Below are positions 1 to 10,311 of a stretch of 64,000 nt of DNA, piece after piece (the stretch's first letter is position 1; every line of letters starts with the position of its first letter). The notes beneath the pieces were generated by a model. That model searched no databases and had not been told where the DNA came from. It worked only from the letters and a program-made list of their open reading frames with translations. The DNA is from Candidatus Binataceae bacterium (GTDB taxonomy: Bacteria > Desulfobacterota > Binatia > Binatales > Binataceae). Location: assembly GCA_035531615.1 (NCBI GenBank), contig DATKSQ010000132.1, forward strand, positions 18,926 through 82,925, given 5' to 3'. The position numbers were made by a program, and so were the translations under genes.

Positions 1-620
1 GCGCCGCGATCGCCCACCCAGTTGGCGGCGGATTCGTCGAACATCGCGTCGCTGGCCAGATAGTAGGTGCGATGAAACAGTTCGTGGATGATCACTCCGG
101 CCAGCTCGACGCGATCGAGCTTGAGCAGATTCGATAGCAGCGGGTCATCGAAGAAGCCGAGGCTCGAGAACGCGACCGCCGGGCGCACCATCGTGTCGTA
201 GCCCCGCGCTTCCATCGATTCCGCCTCGGAGTCGGCGTCAGGGCGCTCGAAATAGCCGCGATACGGCACCGCGCCGACGATCGGAAACCACCACGTGTAC
301 GGTTCGAGCGAATCGCGCCGCGCCGCCATCACGACATAAACGATTGCGCTCTGATCGACCGGGGCAATGGATTCGTACGAGCCGCCGACGTTCATCGCGA
401 GTTCATCGGCCGCGAACTTGCGGACTTCGAGCACGGTCTTGAGCTTGGCGCGCACTTCGGGGGTGAGTTCGGGCCGCGCAAGCGCGGCCGAAATCGGCCG
501 GCGATTCCACAGGATCCGGCCGCCCTGGTAAGCCGCGCGCGCAAGATAGCCGATATTGCATCCGCCCAGCGCGAGCGCCACACCCGCTAGCAGGATGGCA
601 ACCGAGAGCGCGCGCGCCAC
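1..620 (-). CDS. Lipoprotein, putative zinc aminopeptidase (HExxH), C-terminus beyond window start
   Basis: Manual minus-strand translation from GTG at 620: VARALSVAILLAGVALALGGCNIGY... gives a signal peptide plus LGGC lipobox, then ...VIIHELFHRTYYL (HExxH). A GGAGG RBS sits upstream at 627-634. The frame is open to position 1. It resembles the COG4324-type predicted aminopeptidase lipoproteins. It is absent from the ORF track because it runs off the window edge. Confidence 0.55.
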   Translation of the reverse strand, partial: MARALSVAILLAGVALALGGCNIGYLARAAYQGGRILWNRRPISAALARPELTPEVRAKLKTVLEVRKFAADELAMNVGGSYESIAPVDQSAIVYVVMAARRDSLEPYTWWFPIVGAVPYRGYFERPDADSEAESMEARGYDTMVRPAVAFSSLGFFDDPLLSNLLKLDRVELAGVIIHELFHRTYYLASDAMFDESAANWVGDRG

Positions 621-636
621 CGTACTGGAGGAGGTT

Positions 637-2475
637 CTAACCGGCCGCCTCACTCGAAGCCGCGGCGGCCGCGGCGTATTGAAGCTCGAACAGGCGATAG
701 TAAAGGCCGCGCTGGGCGAGCAGTTCTTCATGGGTGCCGCTTTCGCGCACCACGCCGCCGGCCAGGACCATGATTCGGTCGGCGCGCTCGATAGTCGAGA
801 GGCGATGGGCGATCACGACGGCCGTGCGATCGGCAAGCAGCTCGTCGAGCGCGAGCTGGATGAGGCGTTCGGTCTCGCTGTCCACGCTCGAGGTCGCCTC
901 GTCCATCACCAGGATGCGCGGATTGTAGGCGAGCGCGCGCGCGAAGGAGAGCAACTGGCGCTGGCCCGCGGAAAGGTTGGCGCCGCGCTCGCGAATCTGC
1001 TCGGCAAGTCCGGCGGGCAATCGCTCGACGAAGCGGATTGCCTGCGCGCGCTTAAGCGCGTCGCGCACCGCGTCTTCGCCGAGCTCGGTCAGCCCGAGCC
1101 GGATATTTTCCATCACGTCGCCGGCGAACAGGAACACGTCCTGCTGCACCAGGCCGATGGTGCGGCGCAGCGCGTGGAGATCCCACTCGCGCACGTCGAT
1201 GCCGTCCACCAGGATGCGTCCGCGGGTCACGTCGTAGAAGCGGTTCAGAAGCTTGATGATCGTGGTCTTGCCCGAGCCGGTGGGCCCGACGATCGCGATT
1301 TTCTGGCCGGGTGCGACGCTGAAGCTCAGGTCCTTCAGGATCGGCTCGCCGGGGCGGTACTCGAATTCCACGTGGTCGAACACGATCGAGCCGCGCGAGA
1401 CGGCCGGCAGCCGCGGCTGGTCGGGGCTCGAGATGGTCCACGTTTCTTCCATCAACTGCTCGATCCGTTCGACCGCGGCGAGCGCGGATTGCAGGGTGGT
1501 GTACTTGTTGGAGATTTCGCGCAGCGGCATGAAGAACTGCTGTGCATACTGCATGAACGCGATCAGCGCGCCGAGCGTGATAACGCCGCGCAGCACCTGG
1601 CCGCCGCCCGCCCACAGGATGAGCGCGATCGTGATCGAGGCGACGGTATCGACCGCCGAGAACAAGCCGGTCTCATAGACATTCGCCGCCATCTGCGAGT
1701 CGCGCGAGCGCACGTTGAGCACATCGAATTCGTCGCGGCTGGTGGGCTCGCGGGTGAAGAGTTGGATCACCGTCATCCCCGCCAGCGCCTCGGACAGATA
1801 GGCGTTGACCGCCGCCAGCCGCTCGCGAATCTGGCGGTAAACCACTCGCGCGCGGACCCGGAACAGGTTGATGAATACGAGCAGCGGCGGAATCGCGATC
1901 AGCGCCCACAGCGCCAAGCGCGGGCTTTTGAGCCACATGATCACGACGATTCCCGACATCGTCATCACGTCCACGAACATCGTGAGCGAGCCCTGCGCGA
2001 ACATCTCGTTGATCGCGTCGATATCGGTGGTCATCCGGCTGACCAGGCGTCCGACCGGAGTGCGATCGAAAAACGCCATCGGAAGCCGCTCGACGTGATT
2101 GAACAACGCCAGGCGCAGGTCGGACAGGGAATACTGCGCGACCATCACGGTCAGGTAGAACTGTCCATAGAACGACGCGAATTCGCCGGTGACGAGCGCC
2201 ATGTAAATCGCGCCCATCTTGAGCAGGCTCGGGCCTCCGGTCGCGGCGAAGATCGCGGCCAGCCACGCGGGCGGTGTGGCATGGTGGCGCAGCAGGAAGA
2301 TATCGACGATGAGCTGGATGATGTACGGCTGCGAGAGCGCGAACGCCGAGTTCAGCGGCATCAGGATGGCCGAGGCAAAGAACAGCGCGCGGTACGGCCG
2401 GATGTAGCGCCAGACGAAGCGGATGAGCGCGAAGTCGCGCGCGCGCCCGAGCTGTTTTTCCTCGCCGACCTGCAT
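637..2475 (-). CDS. ABC transporter ATP-binding/permease (type I exporter half of heterodimer)
   Basis: 612 aa with an N-terminal 6-TM domain and a C-terminal NBD. It carries Walker A GPTGSGKTT, signature LSAGQRQ and Walker B ILVMDEATS. Confidence 0.9.
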   Translation of the reverse strand: MQVGEEKQLGRARDFALIRFVWRYIRPYRALFFASAILMPLNSAFALSQPYIIQLIVDIFLLRHHATPPAWLAAIFAATGGPSLLKMGAIYMALVTGEFASFYGQFYLTVMVAQYSLSDLRLALFNHVERLPMAFFDRTPVGRLVSRMTTDIDAINEMFAQGSLTMFVDVMTMSGIVVIMWLKSPRLALWALIAIPPLLVFINLFRVRARVVYRQIRERLAAVNAYLSEALAGMTVIQLFTREPTSRDEFDVLNVRSRDSQMAANVYETGLFSAVDTVASITIALILWAGGGQVLRGVITLGALIAFMQYAQQFFMPLREISNKYTTLQSALAAVERIEQLMEETWTISSPDQPRLPAVSRGSIVFDHVEFEYRPGEPILKDLSFSVAPGQKIAIVGPTGSGKTTIIKLLNRFYDVTRGRILVDGIDVREWDLHALRRTIGLVQQDVFLFAGDVMENIRLGLTELGEDAVRDALKRAQAIRFVERLPAGLAEQIRERGANLSAGQRQLLSFARALAYNPRILVMDEATSSVDSETERLIQLALDELLADRTAVVIAHRLSTIERADRIMVLAGGVVRESGTHEELLAQRGLYYRLFELQYAAAAAASSEAAG

Positions 2476-2478
2476 CGC

Positions 2479-4308
2479 CTAATACCGCGCCAGCTCCTCT
2501 TCCATGAGTTGGCGATGAAACAACTCGGCGTAAATTCCGCGCCGCGCCATCAGCTCGGCGTGGGTTCCGTGCTCGGCGATTGCGCCGTCTTCGAGCACGA
2601 TAATTTCGTCGGCGTCGCGCACTGTCGAGGCGCGATGAGCGACCACGATCGTGGTGCGTCCGACCACGCTTTGCTCCAGGCTTTCGAGGATCGACTTTTC
2701 CGTCTCCGTGTCCACGCTCGAAAGCGCGTCGTCGAGCACCACCACGCCGGGGCGATAGGTAAGCAGCCTTGCGATCGTGGTGCGCTGCTTCTGCCCGCCC
2801 GACAGCGCCATCCCGCGCTCGCCGACGATAGTGTCGAGCCCGTGCGGCAGCGTTGCGATGTCCGGTTCGAGTCCCGCGATTCGTGCGGCGGCGCGAATTT
2901 CATCGACGCTCGCGCCGGGACGGCCGAACGCGATATTGCGCGCCATCGTATCGGAAAACAGCACCGGCTCCTGCGGGACCACGCCGAGCGTCTTGCGCAG
3001 CGCGTGCAGCGGGATTTCGCGGATATCTTTTCCGTCGAGCAGGATCCGGCCGCTGGTCGGCTCGAACTGGCGCGTCAGCAGCTTGACCATCGTGGATTTT
3101 CCCGAGCCGGTGCGTCCGACAATCGCGAGCTTGCCGCCGGCGGGAACCCTGACCGACACGTCCTTGAGCGCGTAATCGTAATGATGGCCATTGGCGGCGG
3201 CGCCGTTGGATTCGGCGACTGCGCCCACGATTTGGTCGCGCAGAAAATAGCTGAACGAAACATGCTCCCATTCGATCGCGCCGCGCACTTCGAGCCGCTC
3301 GCCCGCGTCTTCGAGCTCGCCCGGTTGCGCGGGCGCCGAGAAGATTTCGTTGAGGCGCTCCATCGCCGCCTTCGCGCGCTGATAGATCGATATCATCCAT
3401 CCGAGCGACATGACGGGCCACGCCAGCCGCCCCAAATATCCCATGAACGCGACCAGGTCCCCGACCTGCAGAATTCCGCGGGTCACCAGCGATCCGCCGT
3501 AAATCAACAGGACCATGAGGGTGAAGGCGGAGGTGCCGCGGATCATCGGGATCATCGCGCCGCGCAGGCGAGCGAGCGCAAGCCCGAGTTCGTTGTAGTC
3601 GTCGTTGGATTTCCGGAACAGCGAGGCCTCGTGTTCCTCGAGCGCGTAGGCCTTGACCACGTGGATGCCGGCCAGACTCTCCTGCACCTTGGATTCGATT
3701 CCGCCAAGGCCCTGCTGCACGCGCAGATTGCGCACCATCAGCGAACGCGACAGCCGCTTGATCCCGATAAACAGCACGATGTAGGGCGCGAGCACCGCGA
3801 TCGTCAGTCGCGCGCTGACGCTCAGCATGAAGGTCAGCGCGAAGAACATCGTCGCCGGTGCGTCGGCAAACGTGACCACGCCCATCCCGACCATCATCCG
3901 CACGGCGGTCAGGTCGTTGACCAGGCGCGACATCAGGTCGCCGATCTTGTGGCGATCGTAAAAGACCGGGCCGAGATGGGTCAGATGGACAAACAGATCG
4001 TTGCGCAGGTCGTACTCGATATCGCGCCCGGTGTTGAAGATCGTAAAGCGCGAGAGCCACCTGGCGGTTCCGCCGACCAGCGCCGCGGCCGCCAGCATCA
4101 GCACGATTCGCCCCAGCGTTTCGTGCGCGGGCAGGCCGATCCGCGCCAGCGTCGAAAAGGTCATCGCGTGATGGGCCTGGATCGACTTGATCGCGGCGCC
4201 GCTCAGGAAGGCAACCGTCATGCCGCACGCGGAAGCCACCAGCGTGAACAGCATCCCGAGGCCGTACCAGGCGGCATAGCGGCGGACGTAAAGCGCAAGG
4301 CGTTTCAT
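2479..4308 (-). CDS. ABC transporter ATP-binding/permease (second half of heterodimeric exporter)
   Basis: 609 aa TMD+NBD with GRTGSGKST, LSGGQKQR and VVVLDDALSS. It lies 3 bp downstream of the previous gene on the same strand. Confidence 0.9.
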   Translation of the reverse strand: MKRLALYVRRYAAWYGLGMLFTLVASACGMTVAFLSGAAIKSIQAHHAMTFSTLARIGLPAHETLGRIVLMLAAAALVGGTARWLSRFTIFNTGRDIEYDLRNDLFVHLTHLGPVFYDRHKIGDLMSRLVNDLTAVRMMVGMGVVTFADAPATMFFALTFMLSVSARLTIAVLAPYIVLFIGIKRLSRSLMVRNLRVQQGLGGIESKVQESLAGIHVVKAYALEEHEASLFRKSNDDYNELGLALARLRGAMIPMIRGTSAFTLMVLLIYGGSLVTRGILQVGDLVAFMGYLGRLAWPVMSLGWMISIYQRAKAAMERLNEIFSAPAQPGELEDAGERLEVRGAIEWEHVSFSYFLRDQIVGAVAESNGAAANGHHYDYALKDVSVRVPAGGKLAIVGRTGSGKSTMVKLLTRQFEPTSGRILLDGKDIREIPLHALRKTLGVVPQEPVLFSDTMARNIAFGRPGASVDEIRAAARIAGLEPDIATLPHGLDTIVGERGMALSGGQKQRTTIARLLTYRPGVVVLDDALSSVDTETEKSILESLEQSVVGRTTIVVAHRASTVRDADEIIVLEDGAIAEHGTHAELMARRGIYAELFHRQLMEEELARY

Positions 4309-4530
4309 GGAGCCGTGCCTAACTTAGCAGGAATGCGGCGTGAGAGAAGTGACCGGCGCGGCGCGTTATGGTCAGCGTGCGCCGTGCGCGCGGGAGATCG
4401 AGCGGAAGTTGAATCGGGGCCTGTGATTTTGCGCGGGCGTGGCCGCCATGTCCGGGCGCATATCAAGTGGCCGGACGCGCGTGCCGAGCGTGCGCCAATC
4501 CGGCGCGCAGAGGAGGCCGGGGCGCGCGGA

Positions 4531-4962
4531 TCACTCGTAGAGGGAGGATTCGCTCGCGGTCAGGCTACTCGGGAACGTGATGTGCAAAAACGGGTTGGGC
4601 AGCGCGATTTTGCTCGTGGCGTTGTAGCTGATGCTGATCACCGCGCGATCGCCGAGAGTCGGCGAGTTGGTGGTGGTGGTCGTATTCTGTGAATACGACG
4701 CGATCGTGATCGTCAGATCATTCCCGCCATTGGTGAGAATCGACGGGGATACCAACTGCTCGATCGTCGAGTTCATCGCAACCGAGCCGTTGGGGCCGAG
4801 CTGCCCCGGATTGATCGACGCGAAGCGCGCCAGCGCGCTTGAAGCCTGGCTGACCGCCAGCGCGGCCTGTCCGATAAGCGCGAACTGGATTCCCACCAGC
4901 AAAACCACCATCGCGACGATGGCAATGAAGGCGAACTCGACAGCGGCCTGTCCGCGACGCAT
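4531..4962 (-). CDS. TadE-like Flp-pilus assembly protein (pseudopilin-like)
   Basis: The RRGQAAVEFAFIAIVAMVVLL N-terminal motif is typical of the TadE family. The start could instead be the upstream in-frame ATG at 5043. A Ser/Thr-rich C-terminus follows. Confidence 0.6.
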   Translation of the reverse strand: MRRGQAAVEFAFIAIVAMVVLLVGIQFALIGQAALAVSQASSALARFASINPGQLGPNGSVAMNSTIEQLVSPSILTNGGNDLTITIASYSQNTTTTTNSPTLGDRAVISISYNATSKIALPNPFLHITFPSSLTASESSLYE

Positions 4963-5055
4963 GGCTTTTCTCGTGCTTGGCACTGTGTGATCTCCTGGTT
5001 GTGAATCTCCCGGCTTGGAACGCATGATAGAAGTCATATGCAAATCGGCGAGCTT

Positions 5056-6036
5056 TTAGTGAATCAGGCGCGGAACGCCCAGCGCGCCGTTGTCCGCGGC
5101 CTGTGAGTTTGGAAGGCTGTTGGGCACCACCTGTTGGATGAAGTGCGCCTGAATCGTGCCGCCGCTCACGCTGTCTAACCAAACCATTACGAATCCCTTG
5201 CAAACCACGCTGCTCCGGCCCTGCGCGGTGCTCCAGTCAACGAGCGGCAGCACGACGGCCCGTGGATCGTTGGCCGTGTGATCGGAAAAGCTCGCATTCG
5301 GATTGGCGCTTTTGCTCGCTGAGATCCGGTCGCCGAATCCCTGATCCACTGGTCCGACCTTCTTGCCAGGCTCGGTGGTTATCCAGTCTCCGATGCTGAC
5401 CGGACCGGAATAGCCATCAGCGATGTTGCTCCTGAGGTTGCTTCCGCCCACGCCGCCCATCGCCAGGGAGCCCCAATTGCCCGCGCCAACCGAGCCATAG
5501 TTAAGCTGGACTGGCTGATCGTAGCTGTAGGGAGTGCTGTAATCGAGTCCGATCGGGATCAGCGGATAGTCGCCCGTGCTGGTGCCGTATGCTCCCGGAG
5601 CGCAGACAGCCCCAGTGGTATTCAGGCATCCCACGGTGCTGACCGCACTCGGAGCGGCAGCGGTCGCGGTCACCGAGATTAATTGACTTGTCAGTCCGAG
5701 CACCCTGCCGAAGTAGTAGGGCACTTGTCGCGAGGCGCTTACGGTAATGGTGCTGCTGGAGGCGCCGATTGAAACCGTCGGTATGGGCATCTCCGATGAC
5801 CGCAGGCCGTTGTCCGCGCCGTAAGTTTGCGCGGTCAAGATCGCGTTTACGCTATCTTCGGGCAGATAGGTCGCTCCCGCCAGGGCCGCCGAATCGACCG
5901 CCTTTTGCATGCGCTGCCAGTTCAGGTACATCACGCTTACGTCTGTGCATAGCGCCATGCCGCCGAGCAGCCCCGCAATCGCGAGCGCGAATAGAATGGC
6001 GATCTGGCCATCGGAACTACGAAATTTATGCGTCAC
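5056..6036 (-). CDS. TadG-like (Tad/Flp pilus assembly TadE/G-like domain) protein
   Basis: The N-terminus GQIAILFALAIAGLLGGMALCTDVSVMYLNWQRMQKAVDSAALAGA matches the Tad N-terminal domain pattern. 326 aa, Gly/Ser-rich. Confidence 0.6.
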   Translation of the reverse strand: MTHKFRSSDGQIAILFALAIAGLLGGMALCTDVSVMYLNWQRMQKAVDSAALAGATYLPEDSVNAILTAQTYGADNGLRSSEMPIPTVSIGASSSTITVSASRQVPYYFGRVLGLTSQLISVTATAAAPSAVSTVGCLNTTGAVCAPGAYGTSTGDYPLIPIGLDYSTPYSYDQPVQLNYGSVGAGNWGSLAMGGVGGSNLRSNIADGYSGPVSIGDWITTEPGKKVGPVDQGFGDRISASKSANPNASFSDHTANDPRAVVLPLVDWSTAQGRSSVVCKGFVMVWLDSVSGGTIQAHFIQQVVPNSLPNSQAADNGALGVPRLIH

Positions 6037-6416
6037 ATTTTGCCCCGTCGTACCGTTCCGCCTCGTTGATGGAAGAAGGCGGGTCGATTCCTCGCAAGCT
6101 TGCGAGGCGCGTTTGATCAGAACGCGACCACCGGAGTGTGGAGCAACTTCGATGCCAAACTAGAAAGCGGACGGCAGTGATTTAAGAGCGCATGTTTCGC
6201 CGCAAATCCGGGCGGCCGATCTTGAAGGGTGGCAAGCGTGATACCGATTGTGTCGGCACGGTCAACAATGGTTGTCGCAAAAGCGCAAAACTCTACTTAA
6301 TGAACTGTTTCAAGCGTGCATTCGCTCTCCGGGAACCCAGTGGTTTTCGATTCCGCCGCGCCGGAACGGCGATTGCGAGACTGCGGTCCGGGGCGGAAGC
6401 CGCTCACCCGAGCAAA

Positions 6417-7178
6417 TCAGCGCGAGCGGTTGCGCTCGAGGCGGCGCTCGTACATCTTGGCGTACTTCAGGAACACGTAGAACGCAGAGGTCATCGCGGC
6501 ATAGAGCCCGCGTCCGCCGTCGCGCCATCCGCCGCGCAGGAAGTAGAAATTGAAAAATCGCCAGACCGGATTCGCGATCATCTTGAACGGGGTGAACTTT
6601 GTCGGCTCGAACTCGAGCGCGGAGCGGCTGCTGAAGCGGTTCATCGTCGCAACGTGATCGGTCACATCGCGGTAGCTGAAGTGCAGGATCGGCGCCGCTA
6701 GCTGGCCGATTTCACCCTCGACCACCACCTTGTCGTGCGGGTCCCGACCGCCAATATGGCCGCGCTCGCGCCGGAACAGGCGCACCGGAGTATCGGGATA
6801 GATCCCGTGCGGGTAGTAGTGGTCGAGCTGGTACAGCAGCCGGCGAATCCGGTAGCCATCCTGTGCCGGCGCCGCCGCGAGCGTGCGCACAATCTCGCAG
6901 CCCAGGTCATGCGTGGCCTGCTCGTCGGCGTCCATCAGCAGCACCCAATCGCCGGTCGCGCGGTCCAGCGCCATCTGCTTCTGCATCACGTAGTTGGTGA
7001 ACTTATGCTGGAAGACCTGCGCTCCGGCGCCGCGCGCGATCTCGACGGTGCGATCGTCGGAGAACGAATCGACGACGATCTTCTCGAAGCAGAACCACGC
7101 GCTTTTAAGGCATTGGCCGATCAGCGCCTGCTCGTTTTTGGTGATCGTGATGAGCGAGATTTTGGCTGGTTCGCCCAT
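6417..7178 (-). CDS. Family 2 glycosyltransferase
   Basis: ISLITITKNEQALIGQCL...DDRTVEIA...LLMDADE gives a GT2 signature with a DxD motif. Confidence 0.8.
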   Translation of the reverse strand: MGEPAKISLITITKNEQALIGQCLKSAWFCFEKIVVDSFSDDRTVEIARGAGAQVFQHKFTNYVMQKQMALDRATGDWVLLMDADEQATHDLGCEIVRTLAAAPAQDGYRIRRLLYQLDHYYPHGIYPDTPVRLFRRERGHIGGRDPHDKVVVEGEIGQLAAPILHFSYRDVTDHVATMNRFSSRSALEFEPTKFTPFKMIANPVWRFFNFYFLRGGWRDGGRGLYAAMTSAFYVFLKYAKMYERRLERNRSR

Positions 7179-7203
7179 GGGAGGCTCGATGCCCGGGGCC
7201 GCG

Positions 7204-8259
7204 TCAGTTGCGCGCGGCGCCGATACTCTCGATCACTTTCGCCGCGATTTGCTTAAACGCGCCGGAGATCGCGTGGCCCGGATTGACCGCGACGATCGGA
7301 CTCGCCGTGTCGCCCCCCTCGCGCAGCTCGCGCACTATCGGCAGCTCGCCCAGAAACGGCACGCCCAGCTCGGCCGCGTAGCGCGCACCGCCGCCGTGCG
7401 AGAAAATTTCGTGGCGCTTGCCGCACTTGCCGCACAGGTAGTAGCTCATGTTCTCGACCACTCCGATCACCGGAACATTAACCTCGCGGAACATCTCGAC
7501 TCCGCGCTTCACATCGATTAGCGCGATCTCCTGCGGCGTCGTCACCACCACTCCGCCCGCCAGCTCGACCCGCTGCGTGATTGTCAGTTGCGCGTCGCCG
7601 GTTCCCGGCGGAAGGTCGAGCACCAGGCAATCGAGTTCGCCCCATTCGACGTTAAACAGAAACTCGGTCTCGAGCTTGGTGACCATCGGCCCGCGCCAGA
7701 TGACCGCGGTCTCATCGTTGATAAACAGCGCCATCGAGACGTAGCGGATGCCGAACCGCTCGAGCGGGATGATGCGCCGTTCGGGGGTGACCGAGACCGC
7801 CTGTTGCGCGCCGACCATCATCGCGATCGACGGCCCGTACACGTCGGCGTCCATCAGGCCGACCCGCCATCCGAGCGCCTTCATCGCCAGCGCCAGGTTG
7901 ACCGCCACGGTGGATTTGCCGACTCCGCCCTTGCCGCTGGCGACCGCGACGATATGGCTGACGCCCGCGATACTCTTGCGCGCCATGGTCGGCTGCGGAC
8001 GCGGCTGCGCCTCGGCGGGTGGCGCTTCGAGCCGCACCTCGACGGCGGGGACGCCCGGCATCGCGCCGACCGCCTGCTTCACCTCCTCGGCGATTTGGTG
8101 CAGCACCTCGGGCTTCGCCGAGGGCGCCGCGAGCACGATCGTGACCCCGGCGTATGCGACTTCGATATCCTTGATAATGCCGAACGACACGATATCGCGC
8201 GTGAAGCCGGGATATTTGACTTTTTTGAGTTCGGCTAGAATCTCGTTGGGGCTGGGCAT
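7204..8259 (-). CDS. apbC: Iron-sulfur cluster carrier ATPase ApbC/Mrp (NBP35 family)
   Basis: N-terminal DUF59-like domain, Walker A ASGKGGVGKST, and the CGKCGK cysteine motif. Confidence 0.9.
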   Translation of the reverse strand: MPSPNEILAELKKVKYPGFTRDIVSFGIIKDIEVAYAGVTIVLAAPSAKPEVLHQIAEEVKQAVGAMPGVPAVEVRLEAPPAEAQPRPQPTMARKSIAGVSHIVAVASGKGGVGKSTVAVNLALAMKALGWRVGLMDADVYGPSIAMMVGAQQAVSVTPERRIIPLERFGIRYVSMALFINDETAVIWRGPMVTKLETEFLFNVEWGELDCLVLDLPPGTGDAQLTITQRVELAGGVVVTTPQEIALIDVKRGVEMFREVNVPVIGVVENMSYYLCGKCGKRHEIFSHGGGARYAAELGVPFLGELPIVRELREGGDTASPIVAVNPGHAISGAFKQIAAKVIESIGAARN

Positions 8260-8397
8260 CTGGATGCGCTCTCGGCGCGGGGCGCGCGGCTTGAGGCTTG
8301 GTTATAGGCCGATACTAAATTCAATCAGTCATGTTATCATCCCCGGCGATTCGCCGCGACAATCGGGCCGCAGATTGGCAAATCGAATCGGCGAGGT

Positions 8398-10311
8398 TTG
8401 GATTCGTTCAAAGTGAGCGCGAAGCAGACCGAAATCGAACAATATCCGCGGATTGTCGTGCCGGAGGCCGCGCCCGGCGCCCGCGACGCCGGGATCGCCG
8501 CGACCGCCGCGGATGAACTCGCCGGCGGACTCGCCGCGATGCTCGCGCGCGCCGCGCCGGCGTTGCGCGATCCGGCTCTCAGCGGGCATCAGATGCGGAT
8601 CGAGCTCGACTCGGGCGCGCGGGCGACGGGTGAGCCGGGTTCCGCGCTCGAGGGCGACTCGTTCGAGATTGGCCGCACCGATCGCGCGATCGAGCTTCGC
8701 TCGGGCAGTGCGCGCGGCCTGATTCACGCCGCCGCCGATCTGCTCGAGCGTCTGGGCGCGCGCTTCGCGCCCGGCGCAGCGCCGCAATATCCGCGCATCG
8801 AGAACGCCGCGCTCACGGCGGTGACGGCGTATCGCGTCGTGCCGTCATTTTCGCGGCGCGCGTTCATCTCCGACATTATGACCTGGAACTACAATTTCGC
8901 CGACCGCTTCGAGCTGCATCTGCGCCACGACCGCGAATTTATCCCATGGCTCGGGCGGCGCGGCGCGAACGCGTTTTCATATATCCGGCACGCGCACGAC
9001 ACGCGGCTCAAGATCGAAGAAATCTCGCCGCTATTCGATCAATACGGTATCGAGGCCGAGTACGGCGGCCACGTCCTGCAGATTCTGCTCCCGCGCGAGC
9101 GCTTCCAGAGCGACCCCGCGATGTTTCCTGCTGGCGACGACGGCGACAGGATGGCGCGCGGCAATCTGTGCGTCTCGAATCCGCGGGCGCTCGAAATCGT
9201 GCGCGCGGGCGCCCTCAAGTACGTGAGCGACCATCCCGAGAACGGGCTCCTGCACATCTGGGGCGCCGACGTATGGAAGGGTGCGTGGTGCCGATGCGGC
9301 AGTTGCCGCGAGCTTGCGCCGCAGTTGCAATATATGGACGTGGTGAACTCGATTGCCGAGTCGCTCGCCGAGCGCGACGGCGGCGCGCCGCCGGTTGCGT
9401 ACCTGGCTTACCATGACACCCTTGAGCCGCATCCTGGACTGCGTCCATTGCACAACGTATGGGTCGAATGGGCGCCGCGCGAGCGATGCTACTCGCACGC
9501 GATCGACGACGGCGCGTGCGAGATCAACCCGCCGATTTGGGATTCGCTCAAGCGCTACCTCGAAATCTTTGACCGACGCGTGCATATCTTCGAGTATTAC
9601 GCCGACGCGATTCTGTTCGGCGGCCTTGCGTTCGCGACCCCCGCGATTATCGCGCGCGACTTGCGCGCCTATCATGCGCTCGGGATTAGAAGCATCTCGT
9701 GCCTGACCTTCGGCGCGTTCAGCGCGCTCGCCTATCCGGTCAATCTCGAGGCGTTCGTGCGCGGCGCGCGCGATATCGCATCCGAGGCCGCCGCGGCGAC
9801 CTCCGCCACCGCCCTCGGGCGCCATCCGCGATGCGCGCCGGAGCTTTCGGCGGCGTATCGCGCGGTCGAGCGCGCATCGATTCTCGCGCTCGACTACGCC
9901 GATGTGATGCGCCCGCAGATGGCGTCGGAGAAGGCGCGCCGCAAACGCGGCGAGCTTAAAGCCGCCGCGCGCGCATTCCAGGATGCGACCCTCGCCGCCG
10001 AGACGATTGCACGCGCAGGCGGAAATTCTCTGGCGCGCGCGGAGTATCAGCTATGGACCTATAGCGGGCAGGTGCTCGACGCCCTGTCCGATTATCTCGC
10101 GGCGAAGGAAGCGACCGGCGCCGAGCGCATCCGATTAGGCGAGGCCGCGATCGCGCGGATCGATGGCGCGATCAGCCACGTGCGCGCGATCGATCTGGAA
10201 ATCAAGGGAACCTGGGGAGCCTATGACCTCGAATGGATTCGCGAGCTTTGGCTTGACGCATTGAAGCGCGGACTGAGCGTCGCGGCGTCCGCGGATGAGG
10301 AGATAATGTGA
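8398..10311 (+). CDS. Hypothetical protein, DUF4838-like / glycoside-hydrolase-like (uncertain)
   Basis: 637-aa ORF with good coding bias. CRCGSC and CVSNP motifs. The family assignment comes from memory only. The start codon (TTG 8398 vs GTG 8416) is uncertain. Confidence 0.5.
   Translation: MDSFKVSAKQTEIEQYPRIVVPEAAPGARDAGIAATAADELAGGLAAMLARAAPALRDPALSGHQMRIELDSGARATGEPGSALEGDSFEIGRTDRAIELRSGSARGLIHAAADLLERLGARFAPGAAPQYPRIENAALTAVTAYRVVPSFSRRAFISDIMTWNYNFADRFELHLRHDREFIPWLGRRGANAFSYIRHAHDTRLKIEEISPLFDQYGIEAEYGGHVLQILLPRERFQSDPAMFPAGDDGDRMARGNLCVSNPRALEIVRAGALKYVSDHPENGLLHIWGADVWKGAWCRCGSCRELAPQLQYMDVVNSIAESLAERDGGAPPVAYLAYHDTLEPHPGLRPLHNVWVEWAPRERCYSHAIDDGACEINPPIWDSLKRYLEIFDRRVHIFEYYADAILFGGLAFATPAIIARDLRAYHALGIRSISCLTFGAFSALAYPVNLEAFVRGARDIASEAAAATSATALGRHPRCAPELSAAYRAVERASILALDYADVMRPQMASEKARRKRGELKAAARAFQDATLAAETIARAGGNSLARAEYQLWTYSGQVLDALSDYLAAKEATGAERIRLGEAAIARIDGAISHVRAIDLEIKGTWGAYDLEWIRELWLDALKRGLSVAASADEEIM

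Noticed and set aside
556-4692. 1378-aa plus-strand ORF spanning both ABC transporter genes
   Set aside because: It is antisense to two well-supported ABC exporter genes and is Arg/Ala/Gly-rich low-complexity sequence. It is a typical shadow ORF in high-GC DNA.
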